Shown: piece after piece, positions 30,567-40,962 of the stretch | Layout of the letters: every line of letters begins with the position of its first letter | Numbering within the stretch: position 1 is the stretch's first letter | Assembly: GCA_963675495.1 (NCBI GenBank) | Contig: OY776215.1 | Coordinates: forward strand, 1,536,001-1,600,000 | Reading direction: 5' to 3' | DNA: 64,000 nt | Origin: an uncultured Methanolobus sp. | GTDB taxonomy: Archaea; Halobacteriota; Methanosarcinia; Methanosarcinales; Methanosarcinaceae | Position numbers and translations under genes: made by a program | Notes under the pieces: generated by a model | The model's input: the letters and a program-made list of their open reading frames with translations, nothing else | Databases searched by the model: none | What the model was told of the DNA's origin: nothing

Positions 30567-31685
30567 ATGGGCATCAAAGTGGATATCAGAAAACGGTATT
30601 ACAGGAAAAAGAGTGATAAAAAGAAAGGCAAAGACCCTGTTTTCCTGCTTGATACAAAATTTGATGTCGCAAACGAACTGGTAGTACTTTTCGGACGTTC
30701 AGGTTCAGGAAAAACAACAACGCTCCAATGCATAGCCGGGCTTTTGGAACCAAATGGTGGAAAAGTAATTGTTAACGATAAGGTATATTTTGATTGCCAC
30801 AAAAGGATCAATCTACCGGTACAGCAGCGAAGCCTCGGATACGTATTCCAGAACTATGCGCTGTTCCCACATATGGATGTGAGAAAGAACATCATTTACG
30901 GACTTAAAGGGTGGACTGAAGAAGATAAAAATAAAAGGGTCCGGGAAATGTTGCAACTGCTTCAAATAGATGATCTGGAAAACAATTATCCATTACAACT
31001 ATCAGGAGGACAGAAACAAAGGGTAGCACTGGCACGAGCCCTTGCCCCAAAGCCCGATGTCCTGTTGCTTGACGAACCTTTTTCTGCACTGGACATGGTT
31101 GTTCGCATGAAACTTCGGGAGAAGATCAAGGAGATCCAGAGGGAACTTGGCATACCGATACTTTTTATCACCCATAACCATGTGGAAGCCTTCACCATTG
31201 CAGACAAAGTAGTTATTTTCCATGAAGGAAGAGTCCAGCAGATAGGAAGCCCGGAAGATGTATTCTACAAACCTAAAAACAAGCATGTTGCCGAACTTGT
31301 AGGATTATCGAACATCTTTGAGGATTCGCTTGCCTTAGATGAGGATGAAACGTCCGAAATACTGATACTTAAATGTGGAAACTTGCAGGTGATCGCAAAT
31401 AAGCCGGATCGTAAAGTAACAGACAAGGTATCATGGGGAATCCGACCTGAGAACCTGCGTATATTACCCCTTACGGATGGTATGAACTCTGGAGAAAATA
31501 CCTTTCATGCATGCGTAAGGAGTGTTGTGAACAAAGGATCAAGCAGGATTTTAGCCCTTGAGATCGAAGAACACAAGAAGCTACTGATCGCTGAGATAGC
31601 AAACCAGTTCTTTGAAGATATGGATCTTAAAACCGGTGACAAGTGTCTGGTCAGAATCGAAAAGAGCAGGATCGTCATTTTTTGA
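30567..31685 (+). CDS. modC: Molybdate ABC transporter ATP-binding protein
   Basis: GRSGSGKT, LSGGQKQRVALARA, LLLDEPFSALD, C-terminal TOBE-like region; follows modAB. Confidence 0.92.
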   Translation: MGIKVDIRKRYYRKKSDKKKGKDPVFLLDTKFDVANELVVLFGRSGSGKTTTLQCIAGLLEPNGGKVIVNDKVYFDCHKRINLPVQQRSLGYVFQNYALFPHMDVRKNIIYGLKGWTEEDKNKRVREMLQLLQIDDLENNYPLQLSGGQKQRVALARALAPKPDVLLLDEPFSALDMVVRMKLREKIKEIQRELGIPILFITHNHVEAFTIADKVVIFHEGRVQQIGSPEDVFYKPKNKHVAELVGLSNIFEDSLALDEDETSEILILKCGNLQVIANKPDRKVTDKVSWGIRPENLRILPLTDGMNSGENTFHACVRSVVNKGSSRILALEIEEHKKLLIAEIANQFFEDMDLKTGDKCLVRIEKSRIVIF

Positions 31686-31747
31686 CACCGTTGATTCAAA
31701 TTCGCAAGTCCCTGGTTTCCATTAAATATCTGGCAACACGCACCTAC

Positions 31748-32965
31748 TCATATATTGTTATTCTTGAATCTGCTATCTATATACTCAATGAGTTTACTTC
31801 CGGATATCTCGAGACTGGCTGCCGATGAGCGTACATAGAATTGTTCTTTGTTATCTTCTTTTAAGAAGACTGGCTTAACACTCGGTTCACAGTCCACCCT
31901 CAGCACGTATCTGCTACAAACTTTGACCAGTCCTGAACTGATATATGGAAGGAATTCGTTTCCAATGTTATGAGCCATAATATTAGAAAAATGCTGATTG
32001 AGTTTGTCATTGCTCTGGAAATTATCAGCTCCAATTCCCAGAATACCGCCATCATCTGAAACACCCACTAAAAGGCATCCTCCATCTGAATTCAGATATG
32101 CCACTATCGTTTTTGCGACTGCATGTTCAATACGTTTATCGGGTTTTGACGTGTGCAGATTGGTCCTGAGTGTAGACTTGAATTCTAAAGTGTTTCCCTC
32201 TCCATTGGAAATCAACTTTAATATTTCATCAGAAGGATCGATCTGTTCATGATCTTGTTTGAAGAAATAGGGATTCTTTTCAACGAATCTTGTAACCATC
32301 TTATCCAGCATATTCTTTTTATGATACCGAATGTACACGAACCCTGCTATGGCTATCAAAAATGATATAAGAAGATCGATAAACAAATTAGAGATCAGGT
32401 AAGGAGCTGTAAGTCCCATATCGTATCTCTGTGCATTAAATCCAAAAAGATGCATCAGTGCAAAGATAAATATTTCCATGACTGCTGCGATGGTAAATGA
32501 AAGACAGAATGAAAAAACTGCGATTATGGCAGGAGTCATAACTGTGTGTGACCTTTTCTCCCAGAACAGGAGATATACAACTGAAAAAGCGATTGCCCCT
32601 ATAACTGCCGTAGACAGAGCATTCAATATGAACTCACCCCACCAATATTCCTGGATGAGCGGATTCATTATTTCGGGAAATACAGACAAATAGATGAATA
32701 TCAATATCAATATCTCAAATAGTGAGGGAAAATAGAACTCCCATTTCCTTTTGATGATAGTTGGTAAAAAAGTCAATGTTAAGGCAAACAGACACAATGA
32801 TAAATTAATCATATCGTCTCTCAGCAAAGCACTCATTCCTGCAACTACCAGCAGTGTTCTGAATATTACAAAAAAGTATAATCTTATCCTGTATATATTA
32901 TCACGGTTTGGAAGACTTACGTCATCTAATTCTCTTTTTTTAACCATTGTGACCATCGGATACAT
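31748..32965 (-). CDS. Multi-pass membrane protein fused to a C-terminal Schlafen/AlbA_2 domain
   Basis: About 6 hydrophobic segments, then GEGNTLEFKSTL...AKTIVAYLNSDGGCLLVGVSDDG...FYVRS, the AlbA_2 signature. Confidence 0.85.
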   Translation of the reverse strand: MYPMVTMVKKRELDDVSLPNRDNIYRIRLYFFVIFRTLLVVAGMSALLRDDMINLSLCLFALTLTFLPTIIKRKWEFYFPSLFEILILIFIYLSVFPEIMNPLIQEYWWGEFILNALSTAVIGAIAFSVVYLLFWEKRSHTVMTPAIIAVFSFCLSFTIAAVMEIFIFALMHLFGFNAQRYDMGLTAPYLISNLFIDLLISFLIAIAGFVYIRYHKKNMLDKMVTRFVEKNPYFFKQDHEQIDPSDEILKLISNGEGNTLEFKSTLRTNLHTSKPDKRIEHAVAKTIVAYLNSDGGCLLVGVSDDGGILGIGADNFQSNDKLNQHFSNIMAHNIGNEFLPYISSGLVKVCSRYVLRVDCEPSVKPVFLKEDNKEQFYVRSSAASLEISGSKLIEYIDSRFKNNNI

Positions 32966-33112
32966 TTTTCATATAACTTATTGCTTTAGGAGGATAATAC
33001 GTGATTATTATAAACATATTGCTCTATTTTGGAAGAAGTTCTTTGTTGAGTGCTGTCGAAACATACTGTCCAAAAATAATATAAAGTTAGATTACATCAC
33101 TTTATACCAGAG

Positions 33113-34411
33113 ATGAAATTCATTGAAAGGCTTTTTGGAAAAAAGCAGGAAAAAGAAGAACCTCTGCCAGCTGTTTTTAAGTTCATGGAACTTGCAGGTA
33201 TTGTGAGAGATGAGTCTAAAAAGCAGGGAGAAGAACTTCAACCTGTTGTAAAGGATAAATATGAAGGTATCAGACAGGCTCTCAGGGAACTGGAAAGTTT
33301 AAAGAAAGAACTACTAGCTGCTGAGCCTATTGAGGGTGCAAGTAAAAGAGGAGAAAAACTTGGAGACTCAAACAGGGACAATGTAGCCAATAACCTGAAG
33401 CTCATCGATGATAAGTTGAAAGTTCCCAGAGATACATCACCTGTAACTGCTTCTGAATTCTATACAGATTCAAAATCCACCCTGAAGACTGTTTTAGATA
33501 ATACCCGTAAAAGCCTGATGTATATAAAGGCACTTTACCCCAGGGAACACCAGAAAATAAATCAGGGCCTTGCAGATCTTGAAGATTCGCTTGACGAACT
33601 CTATTCCTCGACTATGAAGGGAAACGAAAGGATAGGAGAACTACAGAATATTTATACGGAAGTGGAGACTGTTAGCAGGACCGGAAAAGAAATAGAAAAT
33701 TGTACAAAAAAAGTGGTTGAACTGGATTCTAAGTACGAATCTGCAAAGGACAAACTTTCTGAGGATGACTCCAGACTTACTGAACTTGAGAATAGCAGCG
33801 AATTTGAAAGAGCAAAACAACTGGAAACTGAGATTCGACTCCTTGATACAAAGATAGCAGACCTAGGGTCCGATGCAAGAAGACTCTTCACACCACTTTC
33901 AAAGGCCATTTCCAGAATGGAAAAACAGGATGAGAATGAGAGATGTGTACTTTCCCCTGAGAACAGGGAAATACTCAAGGCCATTAAAGAAGAACCTGCA
34001 TCTGCAATTGAACATGATCTTAATCCTTTTCTTTCACAACTCAAGAGCAGGGTTGAAAGTGGAGAACTTGGCCTGAAGGACCAGATGTGTGACAAAACCC
34101 TAAAGCAAATACAAGTGCTGGACGATAAAAAAATAATATCATCCCTTGTTGAACAAAGAAAAAAGCATCTTTCAGATAAAGAGAAACTGGAAGTGGAATT
34201 GAATGGTCTTAGTATCTATCAGCAAAAAGAAGAGATTGAAAAAGAGATTGAAAAACATCATATTCTAATAAGATCTGCGAACCATGACATTGACTTAGAA
34301 AGAAGACAACTTGAAGGCCTTAAAGAAGAAATGGAAAGAGTAAAGTCAGCGCTTCTTTCAGATGTAAGGCATGTTTTCGGGAAAGAGGCAATGATAGAAT
34401 ATGAGGATTAA
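33113..34411 (+). CDS. Hypothetical coiled-coil protein
   Basis: 432-aa ORF, E/K/L-rich heptad pattern, no recognisable catalytic motif. Confidence 0.8.
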   Translation: MKFIERLFGKKQEKEEPLPAVFKFMELAGIVRDESKKQGEELQPVVKDKYEGIRQALRELESLKKELLAAEPIEGASKRGEKLGDSNRDNVANNLKLIDDKLKVPRDTSPVTASEFYTDSKSTLKTVLDNTRKSLMYIKALYPREHQKINQGLADLEDSLDELYSSTMKGNERIGELQNIYTEVETVSRTGKEIENCTKKVVELDSKYESAKDKLSEDDSRLTELENSSEFERAKQLETEIRLLDTKIADLGSDARRLFTPLSKAISRMEKQDENERCVLSPENREILKAIKEEPASAIEHDLNPFLSQLKSRVESGELGLKDQMCDKTLKQIQVLDDKKIISSLVEQRKKHLSDKEKLEVELNGLSIYQQKEEIEKEIEKHHILIRSANHDIDLERRQLEGLKEEMERVKSALLSDVRHVFGKEAMIEYED

Positions 34412-34729
34412 TTCCTGAGGCATAAAAAGGAAGAGAAGGATTAATAACATGGGACATGATGAAACAAATATCCACAGATTGAAGGAAGTCACTGAATTCG
34501 TTAAGACAAGTAAAAATGAAAAGAAGGAAGAAAAAAAGAAAGAGAAGAGGAATATTCTGGGGCTCAATGATTAAAGAAATCTATTATTTTATATAATTCT
34601 TTATATTTCTGTAAAATCTACTGCATAATTATAATCCTGATTCTTTTGTTATAGGGATTTAACTTTTGTTCCACAAATATGAGGCACAATATTCATAGAA
34701 TAATCTACTTGAATGGATTAATAAATTAT

Positions 34730-34912
34730 AAGAAAAAGGAAGTAATGCGAGGGCAACAGAGAAGACTATAATACCCTATCGCCCTCTTGACGTCTTAAAT
34801 ATTCCGATTGGCAAACATATGCGTTGCAGGGTATTTCCCTGAATTGATCCAATCGAAAGCCGAAACATAGTGTCGCAGTCTTTCAAACTTCGAACATTAC
34901 ATTCTCAGCAAT
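34730..34912 (-). ncRNA. Candidate structured small RNA (~180 nt)
   Basis: Long stems at 34749-34786 and 34803-34857 whose mismatches are G-U pairs on the minus strand; TATA/BRE-like sequence upstream (~34931-34945) and a U-rich tract downstream. Ends are approximate. Confidence 0.5.
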
Positions 34913-34995
34913 ACTTAGTATAAGACTCATAGAATAAGTTTTTTGCGGTCGGCTTGAATAATTCAGTAAAAACAGAAACGATTACAAAAATTGAG

Positions 34996-35070
34996 CGATC
35001 CCGGAGGGATTCGAACCCACGACCCTCGGGTTAGAAGCCCGATGCTATATCCTGGCTAAGCCACGGGACC
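34996..35070 (-). tRNA. tRNA-Arg (anticodon TCT)
   Basis: Reverse complement GGTCCCGTGGCTTAGCCAGGATATAGCATCGGGCTTCTAACCCGAGGGTCGTGGGTTCGAATCCCTCCGGGATCG folds as a cloverleaf. Confidence 0.96.
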
Positions 35071-35230
35071 GCTAATGATTGACTGGAGTCTGAAATAGGT
35101 TTTCTAGCATAAAAGCCTTTTGTAAGAACCGAAGCACATTCCTAAATTGCAAACAATGTGAATGTGAATACAAATATATAATAGTTTGACATCAGACACT
35201 ATCAACTATTACAATGCTGAGGCTTTACAC

Positions 35231-36109
35231 ATGAGTGAACTATTGATTTATTACAACGGTGACTTTGTCCCGAAATCAGAAGCCACTACCTCCGTCTACG
35301 ACCATGGTTTTCTGTACGGAGATGGTGTCTTTGAGGGAATAAGAGCTTACAACGGACGTGTCTTCAAGTTACGTGAGCATGTTGACAGGCTCTATGACTC
35401 CGCAAAGGCAATTGCTCTTAACATACCACTAACCAGAGAGGAAATGGAAGAGGCTATTCTGGAAACACTCCGGAAAAACGACCTTACAGATGCCTACATC
35501 AGACCTATCGTTTCAAGAGGTGTCGGTGACCTTGGACTGGATCCCAGAAAATGCCCAAAACCAAACATATACATCATATCCCAGGAATGGGGAGCGATGT
35601 ACGGCGACCTTTACGAAGTTGGCCTGACCGGTATTACGGTTTCAGTCAGAAGAAATTCCTGCGATGCACTTTCACCAAACATCAAGTCCCTCAACTACCT
35701 GAACAACATCCTAGCAAAGATAGAGGCAAATGAGAAGGGCGGAGACGAGGCAATTTTCTTTGACCAGAACGGTTACCTCTCAGAAGGTTCCGGAGATAAC
35801 ATATTCATCATTAAGAAGGGAAAAGTTTACACCCCACCGACCATCAACAACCTCAAAGGCATAACACGGGCAACTGCAATCGAACTGCTTGCAGACATGG
35901 GAATTGAGACTCACGTTGAGAATCTGGGAATGTTCGACCTCTACACTGCTGATGAGATATTCGTCACAGGAACAGCAGCAGAGGCAGCACCTCTTGTAAA
36001 AGTAGATGGGCGTCCAATTGGTGATGGAAAACCAGGGCCAATCACAAAAAAGATGGTTGAAGCCTTTGACAGAGTCACAACAACCACAGGCACACCTATT
36101 TTTCCTTAA
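35231..36109 (+). CDS. ilvE: Branched-chain amino acid aminotransferase (PLP fold IV)
   Basis: [55 protein letters not shown]. Confidence 0.95.
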   Translation: MSELLIYYNGDFVPKSEATTSVYDHGFLYGDGVFEGIRAYNGRVFKLREHVDRLYDSAKAIALNIPLTREEMEEAILETLRKNDLTDAYIRPIVSRGVGDLGLDPRKCPKPNIYIISQEWGAMYGDLYEVGLTGITVSVRRNSCDALSPNIKSLNYLNNILAKIEANEKGGDEAIFFDQNGYLSEGSGDNIFIIKKGKVYTPPTINNLKGITRATAIELLADMGIETHVENLGMFDLYTADEIFVTGTAAEAAPLVKVDGRPIGDGKPGPITKKMVEAFDRVTTTTGTPIFP

Positions 36110-36150
36110 AATGAAGAGTTGACTCTTCATTATCTTTTCTTCTTTTTTAT
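36110..36150 (+). terminator. Hairpin plus T-rich tract after ilvE
   Basis: AATGAAGAG-TTGA-CTCTTCATT (36110-36131), then ATCTTTTCTTCTTTTTT. Confidence 0.6.
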
Positions 36151-36239
36151 TTCTTCAAAACATTAATTAGGCATTAGTCCAGTAACTTATTATATTTAAA
36201 TACTATTATAATTTAATTTCGAATAAATGAGGTTTTAGA

Positions 36240-36488
36240 ATGGAACTAGAGGGAGAAAAAGAAAAAGTAATAATGGAGAACCTAAAGTACCTGAATGATT
36301 CAGTAATGGCGATCTTACTCCTGATGCCGGTTACTCTTGTAATCACCTTTGAAGCACTTGATGATACACCTAATCTGCAATTGATATCAATTGCAACATG
36401 GATCGTGTTTTTGATGGGGCTGTGGTATGTTGCTTCAAGAGTATTTACGCTCAACAAAACGCTTATAGGTTATCTCGACAAAAAGTAG
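36240..36488 (+). CDS. Small two-helix membrane protein, hypothetical
   Basis: 82 aa with two hydrophobic segments; ends 10 bp before moeA. Confidence 0.6.
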   Translation: MELEGEKEKVIMENLKYLNDSVMAILLLMPVTLVITFEALDDTPNLQLISIATWIVFLMGLWYVASRVFTLNKTLIGYLDKK

Positions 36489-36498
36489 ACCGACCAGA

Positions 36499-38409
36499 AT
36501 GGAACGCAAGGAATTCAGAGAACTAACATCCGTAGAGGATGCAAGGAAACTTATCGAACAGATCAGAGTCCAGCCAGAAATTATTACTTTAGCTATCGAA
36601 AAAGCTGTAGGACACATCATAGCAGAAGACATACCCTCAGGTGTGGATGTGCCTGCATTCAACCGTTCGATCAAGGACGGGTACGCCATCAGGGCAAAAG
36701 ATACCTACCAGGCAAGTGAACCGGAACCCCGGAAATTGGGATTCATAGGGTCCATTCCGGCAGGTTGCACAGACAAGTTCTTTGTTGACGATGAAGAAGT
36801 GATAGAGATATCCACAGGCGCACCAATCCCCGATGGTGCAGATGCTGTGGTAATGGTGGAGAATACAAAGCAAACGGGAGATTCAGTCCTTATTTACCAG
36901 CCGGTGCATATCGGCGAGAACATCATGCGCGCAGGAAGCGACATCATGAAAGGTGAAAGGGTCCTGAGGAAGAATACACGCATTAGTTCCCGTGAGATCG
37001 GAGTACTTGCCTCCATAGGCATGAATGAAGTCCCTGCCAAGAGATTGCTTGTTGGCATCATTTCAACCGGAACAGAACTCATCAAACCGGGAGAGACACT
37101 GGAACTTAGCAAAATATATGATGCAAATTCCTATGCTATCGCAGCAGCAATTGAAGAATGCGGAGGAACTCCAAGAATATATGGCATTGTTCATGATGAT
37201 GAAAAGCTGATGGAGGAAGCTCTGGAAAAAGCAATTGAAGAGTGTGATATTGTCCTTACGTCCGGGAGCACTTCTGCCGGTGCCGGCGATATAATGTACA
37301 TGATCATTGAGGAAAAGGGTGAAACACTCACCCACGGAATTGCGATCAAACCCGGGAAACCTGTTGTTATCGGTATGATAAAGAATGTGCCAACCATCGG
37401 ACTACCAGGAAACCCAACATCTGCACTCAGTATTTTCAATGAGTTCGTAGCGCCGATAATCTACAATTCACTTGGAATTAAGCCATCTTTTAAAACAAAG
37501 GTCACTGCGGTTATGGGAACCGGCATCCGCTCAGGCGGAAGAGAAGAACTGTTCCCTGTTGGTGTTGTGCGGGGCAAGGCGTACCCGGCAGACAAAACAT
37601 CGGGAGCCATAACCACATTATCAGATGCTGACGGAACAATTGAGATCCGGGCGAATACTGAATATATCGAATCAGGATCTGAAGTAGAGGTTACCATGTT
37701 CGGTAACGTGAAAAGTCCTGACATAATGCTCGTTGGCGGGCAGTGCCCAGGCATAGACCTGCTTGAAGAGATTACCGGATTTGTATTCCGAACATTGAAT
37801 ATGGGCTCCAGTGCAGGATTTACAGCTATATCCAGTGGCACTACTGACATTGCATGTGTGAATATGGTGGACGCAGAGGGAAATTACAATTCATCAACCA
37901 TATCAAAAATGAATCTTGAGAACATAGTTCTTGTCAAGGGATACAGACGTGAGCTGGGGCTTATATTCACCCCTGACAAGCATGTGTACGGACTTGAGGA
38001 AATAACCAACCTGCAACTCATTAACAGGAACAGGGGGTCCGGGACAAGAGCAATACTGGAAAGGGAACTTGGAACACTGGCAACAGCAAAAGGAATGACG
38101 AAGAGTGAACTTATCAAAGAGATAGAAGGTTACAATTCAGGTTCAAAGACCCATCGGTCTGTCTGCGATGCTGTAAAGAGTGGAAAAGCAGATGTTGGTT
38201 TTGGGATCAGGGCTGCGGCAGAAGAAGCCGGACTTGAGTTCATACCTGTTGCAGAGGATGAGTTTGATTTTGTGATACATAAGAACCTTCTGGACATTGA
38301 AGAGATACAGGCATTCCTTAATGCGCTGCGATCCGAAGAATTCTCTAAGAGACTTCCACAGGGAATGTATACGTATGAAATGACCGGCAGTATAATATCC
38401 TCCTTTTGA
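36499..38409 (+). CDS. moeA: Molybdopterin molybdotransferase MoeA fused to a PBP-type (LysR-substrate-like) domain
   Basis: DGYAIRA, ISTGAPIPDGADAVVMVE, STGTEL, SGSTSAG, IKPGKP, GLPGNP; C-terminal NRNRGSGTR...ADVGFG. Confidence 0.93.
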   Translation: MERKEFRELTSVEDARKLIEQIRVQPEIITLAIEKAVGHIIAEDIPSGVDVPAFNRSIKDGYAIRAKDTYQASEPEPRKLGFIGSIPAGCTDKFFVDDEEVIEISTGAPIPDGADAVVMVENTKQTGDSVLIYQPVHIGENIMRAGSDIMKGERVLRKNTRISSREIGVLASIGMNEVPAKRLLVGIISTGTELIKPGETLELSKIYDANSYAIAAAIEECGGTPRIYGIVHDDEKLMEEALEKAIEECDIVLTSGSTSAGAGDIMYMIIEEKGETLTHGIAIKPGKPVVIGMIKNVPTIGLPGNPTSALSIFNEFVAPIIYNSLGIKPSFKTKVTAVMGTGIRSGGREELFPVGVVRGKAYPADKTSGAITTLSDADGTIEIRANTEYIESGSEVEVTMFGNVKSPDIMLVGGQCPGIDLLEEITGFVFRTLNMGSSAGFTAISSGTTDIACVNMVDAEGNYNSSTISKMNLENIVLVKGYRRELGLIFTPDKHVYGLEEITNLQLINRNRGSGTRAILERELGTLATAKGMTKSELIKEIEGYNSGSKTHRSVCDAVKSGKADVGFGIRAAAEEAGLEFIPVAEDEFDFVIHKNLLDIEEIQAFLNALRSEEFSKRLPQGMYTYEMTGSIISSF

Positions 38410-38472
38410 CGTTAATCCAGTCTATAATAATCAGGAAAACCTTTTTTATTTTGACGTTATGGTAGGTTGCAA

Positions 38473-39564
38473 ATGGGAATACATGAGGATATACAGGAAG
38501 TAGAAGAGGAGATCAAGAAGACTCCTTACAATAAGGCAACATCCCACCACATCGGTAAGCTGAAGGCGAAACTTGCACGTCTTCGCGATGAAGTTGTCAA
38601 GAAATCTGCCAAGTCTGGTGGTGGCGAAGGATACTCCGTGAGAAAGTCAGGAGATGCTACGGTCACGCTTGTAGGTTTCCCATCTGTGGGAAAATCCACT
38701 TTACTTAACAAGCTCACCGGTGCTAATTCAGAAGTCGGCGCCTATGAGTTCACGACCCTTGATGTAATTCCGGGTGTGCTTGAACATAATAATGCAACTA
38801 TACAGATACTCGACGTGCCCGGACTGGTCAAAGGAGCAGCCAGCGGAAGAGGCCGTGGAAGGGAAGTTATCTCAGTTGTCAGAAACTGTGACCTTGTGGT
38901 CTTTATGCTGGACGTATTCCAGAATTACCACCATGGCGTCCTTACCCAGGAACTTTACGATGCAGGCATACGCCTGAACCAAAAAGCACCTGATGTTGTT
39001 ATCAAGAGGCAGGATCGTGGTGGTGTCACTATTAGCAGCACTAAGGAGCTTGACCTTACAGAAGATCTTATCAAAGCAATACTTAACGAATATAAGATAC
39101 ACAATGCTCATGTGCTCATCAGGGATAAGATCGATGTTGACCAGTTGATAGATGTCATCATGGGCAACAGGGTGTACATACCCGCCGTTGTCGTTGTGAA
39201 CAAGGTGGACATGGCAGACCAGTATGTTCTGAAGAAATGCAAGGATGAGTACCCTGAGGCAACATATATATCAGCTGACAAGGAAGAGAATCTTGAAGCT
39301 GTCAAAGACCTAATATACGAGGCACTTGACTTTATCCGGGTTTACCTGAAACCTCAGGGCGGACCCGCTGATATGGAAGAGCCCCTTATTGTACGTAAAG
39401 GAACTACTGTGGGAGATGTATGTGACCACTTGCACCGTGATTTCAGGAGAAAGTTCAGGTACTCCCAGATATGGGGCACATCCGCAAAGCACCCAGGACA
39501 GAGAGCAGGCCTTGAACACGTACTTGATGACAAGGACCTACTAACACTTATCATCGCAATGTGA
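38473..39564 (+). CDS. DRG/RBG1-family OBG GTPase with TGS domain
   Basis: TPYNKATSHHIGKLKAKLA, GFPSVGKST, YEFTTL, DVPG, NKVD, WGTSAKHPGQ. Confidence 0.95.
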   Translation: MGIHEDIQEVEEEIKKTPYNKATSHHIGKLKAKLARLRDEVVKKSAKSGGGEGYSVRKSGDATVTLVGFPSVGKSTLLNKLTGANSEVGAYEFTTLDVIPGVLEHNNATIQILDVPGLVKGAASGRGRGREVISVVRNCDLVVFMLDVFQNYHHGVLTQELYDAGIRLNQKAPDVVIKRQDRGGVTISSTKELDLTEDLIKAILNEYKIHNAHVLIRDKIDVDQLIDVIMGNRVYIPAVVVVNKVDMADQYVLKKCKDEYPEATYISADKEENLEAVKDLIYEALDFIRVYLKPQGGPADMEEPLIVRKGTTVGDVCDHLHRDFRRKFRYSQIWGTSAKHPGQRAGLEHVLDDKDLLTLIIAM

Positions 39565-39629
39565 CAGCCAGACCGGCTGTCCTGCATAACAAATAAGTAT
39601 TATTATGCGTTTATTCAGATACTCACTGT

Positions 39630-39702
39630 AGTCCCGTAGGGTAGTGGTCAATCCTTCCGGCCTTTGGAGCCGAAGACGCTGGTTCGAATCCGGCCGGGAC
39701 TA
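39630..39702 (+). tRNA. tRNA-Gln (anticodon TTG)
   Basis: AGTCCCGTAGGGTAGTGGTCAATCCTTCCGGCCTTTGGAGCCGAAGACGCTGGTTCGAATCCGGCCGGGACTA; 73-nt cloverleaf with the A1-U72 pair typical of archaeal tRNA-Gln. Confidence 0.95.
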
Positions 39703-40215
39703 CTGAATTTTTTACATTATCCTGTTTTTGATGATGCTTTTCATAGAACTGTGTTGATGACTGAAGGAATATTTTAGCAAGATATTCCAGCGCAGGGGCA
39801 GATGAAGATGAAATATAAGTAAAAGGATAATTTACCTTTACTTATTTTTGTTAAGCCATATCCCCACTAATACTAAACAAAGCATTGCCTTTTCCACTTT
39901 TTTGCTTTCCTAAAGAATATATATGGAAATAAAGCTTTTCTAAAGCTTTTTTTCCAATTTAAAGTCATAATCAATCCTTCTTTTGTTAAGTATGCTTATA
40001 TTAAACCGAATTATCAAGGATTTATCAGAAAGCACTGGCATATCTTGAGACAATACTCAAGCTTCAATGTAGCCTGACTCAAATGAGGATGGAAAAAATA
40101 AATGAAGTACAAATTGTTCAAAAATATGGCTTACATATCCTTAATAATCGAGCTAATTGGGCTGTATTGGCTGAAAAATACACTAATTGTATAAAGAAGA
40201 AAAAGGAGGGAAAGA

Positions 40216-40962
40216 ATGGAACCAATTCGAAAGTTCAATCGGTTCGAATTAAAGTATCTGCTCACAATGGAGCAGACACGCGAGTTAAAAAATCAGATTG
40301 AGATGTACATGCTTCCTGATCCCCATACATGGGATACAGGAGACTATGTGATTTCAAGTCTGTACTATGACAGTCCAGATCTTCAATGCTATTGGGAAAA
40401 GATTGACGGGGTGAAATTCCGGAAAAAGCTCAGAGTTCGCATATATGAAACCGAAGAGAACATAACAGAAGATTCTATGGTATTTGTCGAGGTCAAACAG
40501 CGTTACGACAAAACAATACAGAAGCGCAGGATTGCAATACCTTTCAGGGATGCTATGACACTCTGCAACGAGCATCATTTTCCAGATGAGTATGACGGGA
40601 AGGATAGACCCGTCATGGAAGAGGTCCTCGGAATGATAGAGGAAAGAAACCTCCAGCCAACACTCATCACAAGTTATTTCAGACACGCCTATGTCGGAAC
40701 GGATTATGATAACGGTCTAAGGATAACCTTTGACTCGAACATAAGATACAGGACCAATGACCTGGACCTGGCCTCCAAGAAACTTGGAAGATACATAGTA
40801 TCGCCCGACAGAGTGATCCTTGAGATCAAAGCCAATGAGAAGGTACCTTACTGGCTTACAGAACTCATCGCTCAGAACAACTACAGACTCGTTAGAATTA
40901 GCAAATACTGTACAGGGCTGGATGTGGAAAGCGAGTTTCCCCGAAAAATAGAGGTTTACTAA
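40216..40962 (+). CDS. VTC (polyphosphate polymerase / TTM-fold) domain protein
   Basis: RFELKY, SLYYDSPD, RKKLRVRIY, FVEVKQR, KRRI, YFRHAY, RITFDSNIRYR, ILEIK, ISKYC. Confidence 0.9.
   Translation: MEPIRKFNRFELKYLLTMEQTRELKNQIEMYMLPDPHTWDTGDYVISSLYYDSPDLQCYWEKIDGVKFRKKLRVRIYETEENITEDSMVFVEVKQRYDKTIQKRRIAIPFRDAMTLCNEHHFPDEYDGKDRPVMEEVLGMIEERNLQPTLITSYFRHAYVGTDYDNGLRITFDSNIRYRTNDLDLASKKLGRYIVSPDRVILEIKANEKVPYWLTELIAQNNYRLVRISKYCTGLDVESEFPRKIEVY

Noticed and set aside
34449-34574. 41-codon Lys/Glu-rich ORF (MGHDETNIHRLKEV...)
   Set aside because: Could be a small protein but is low complexity and unsupported; needs ribosome profiling or conservation data.
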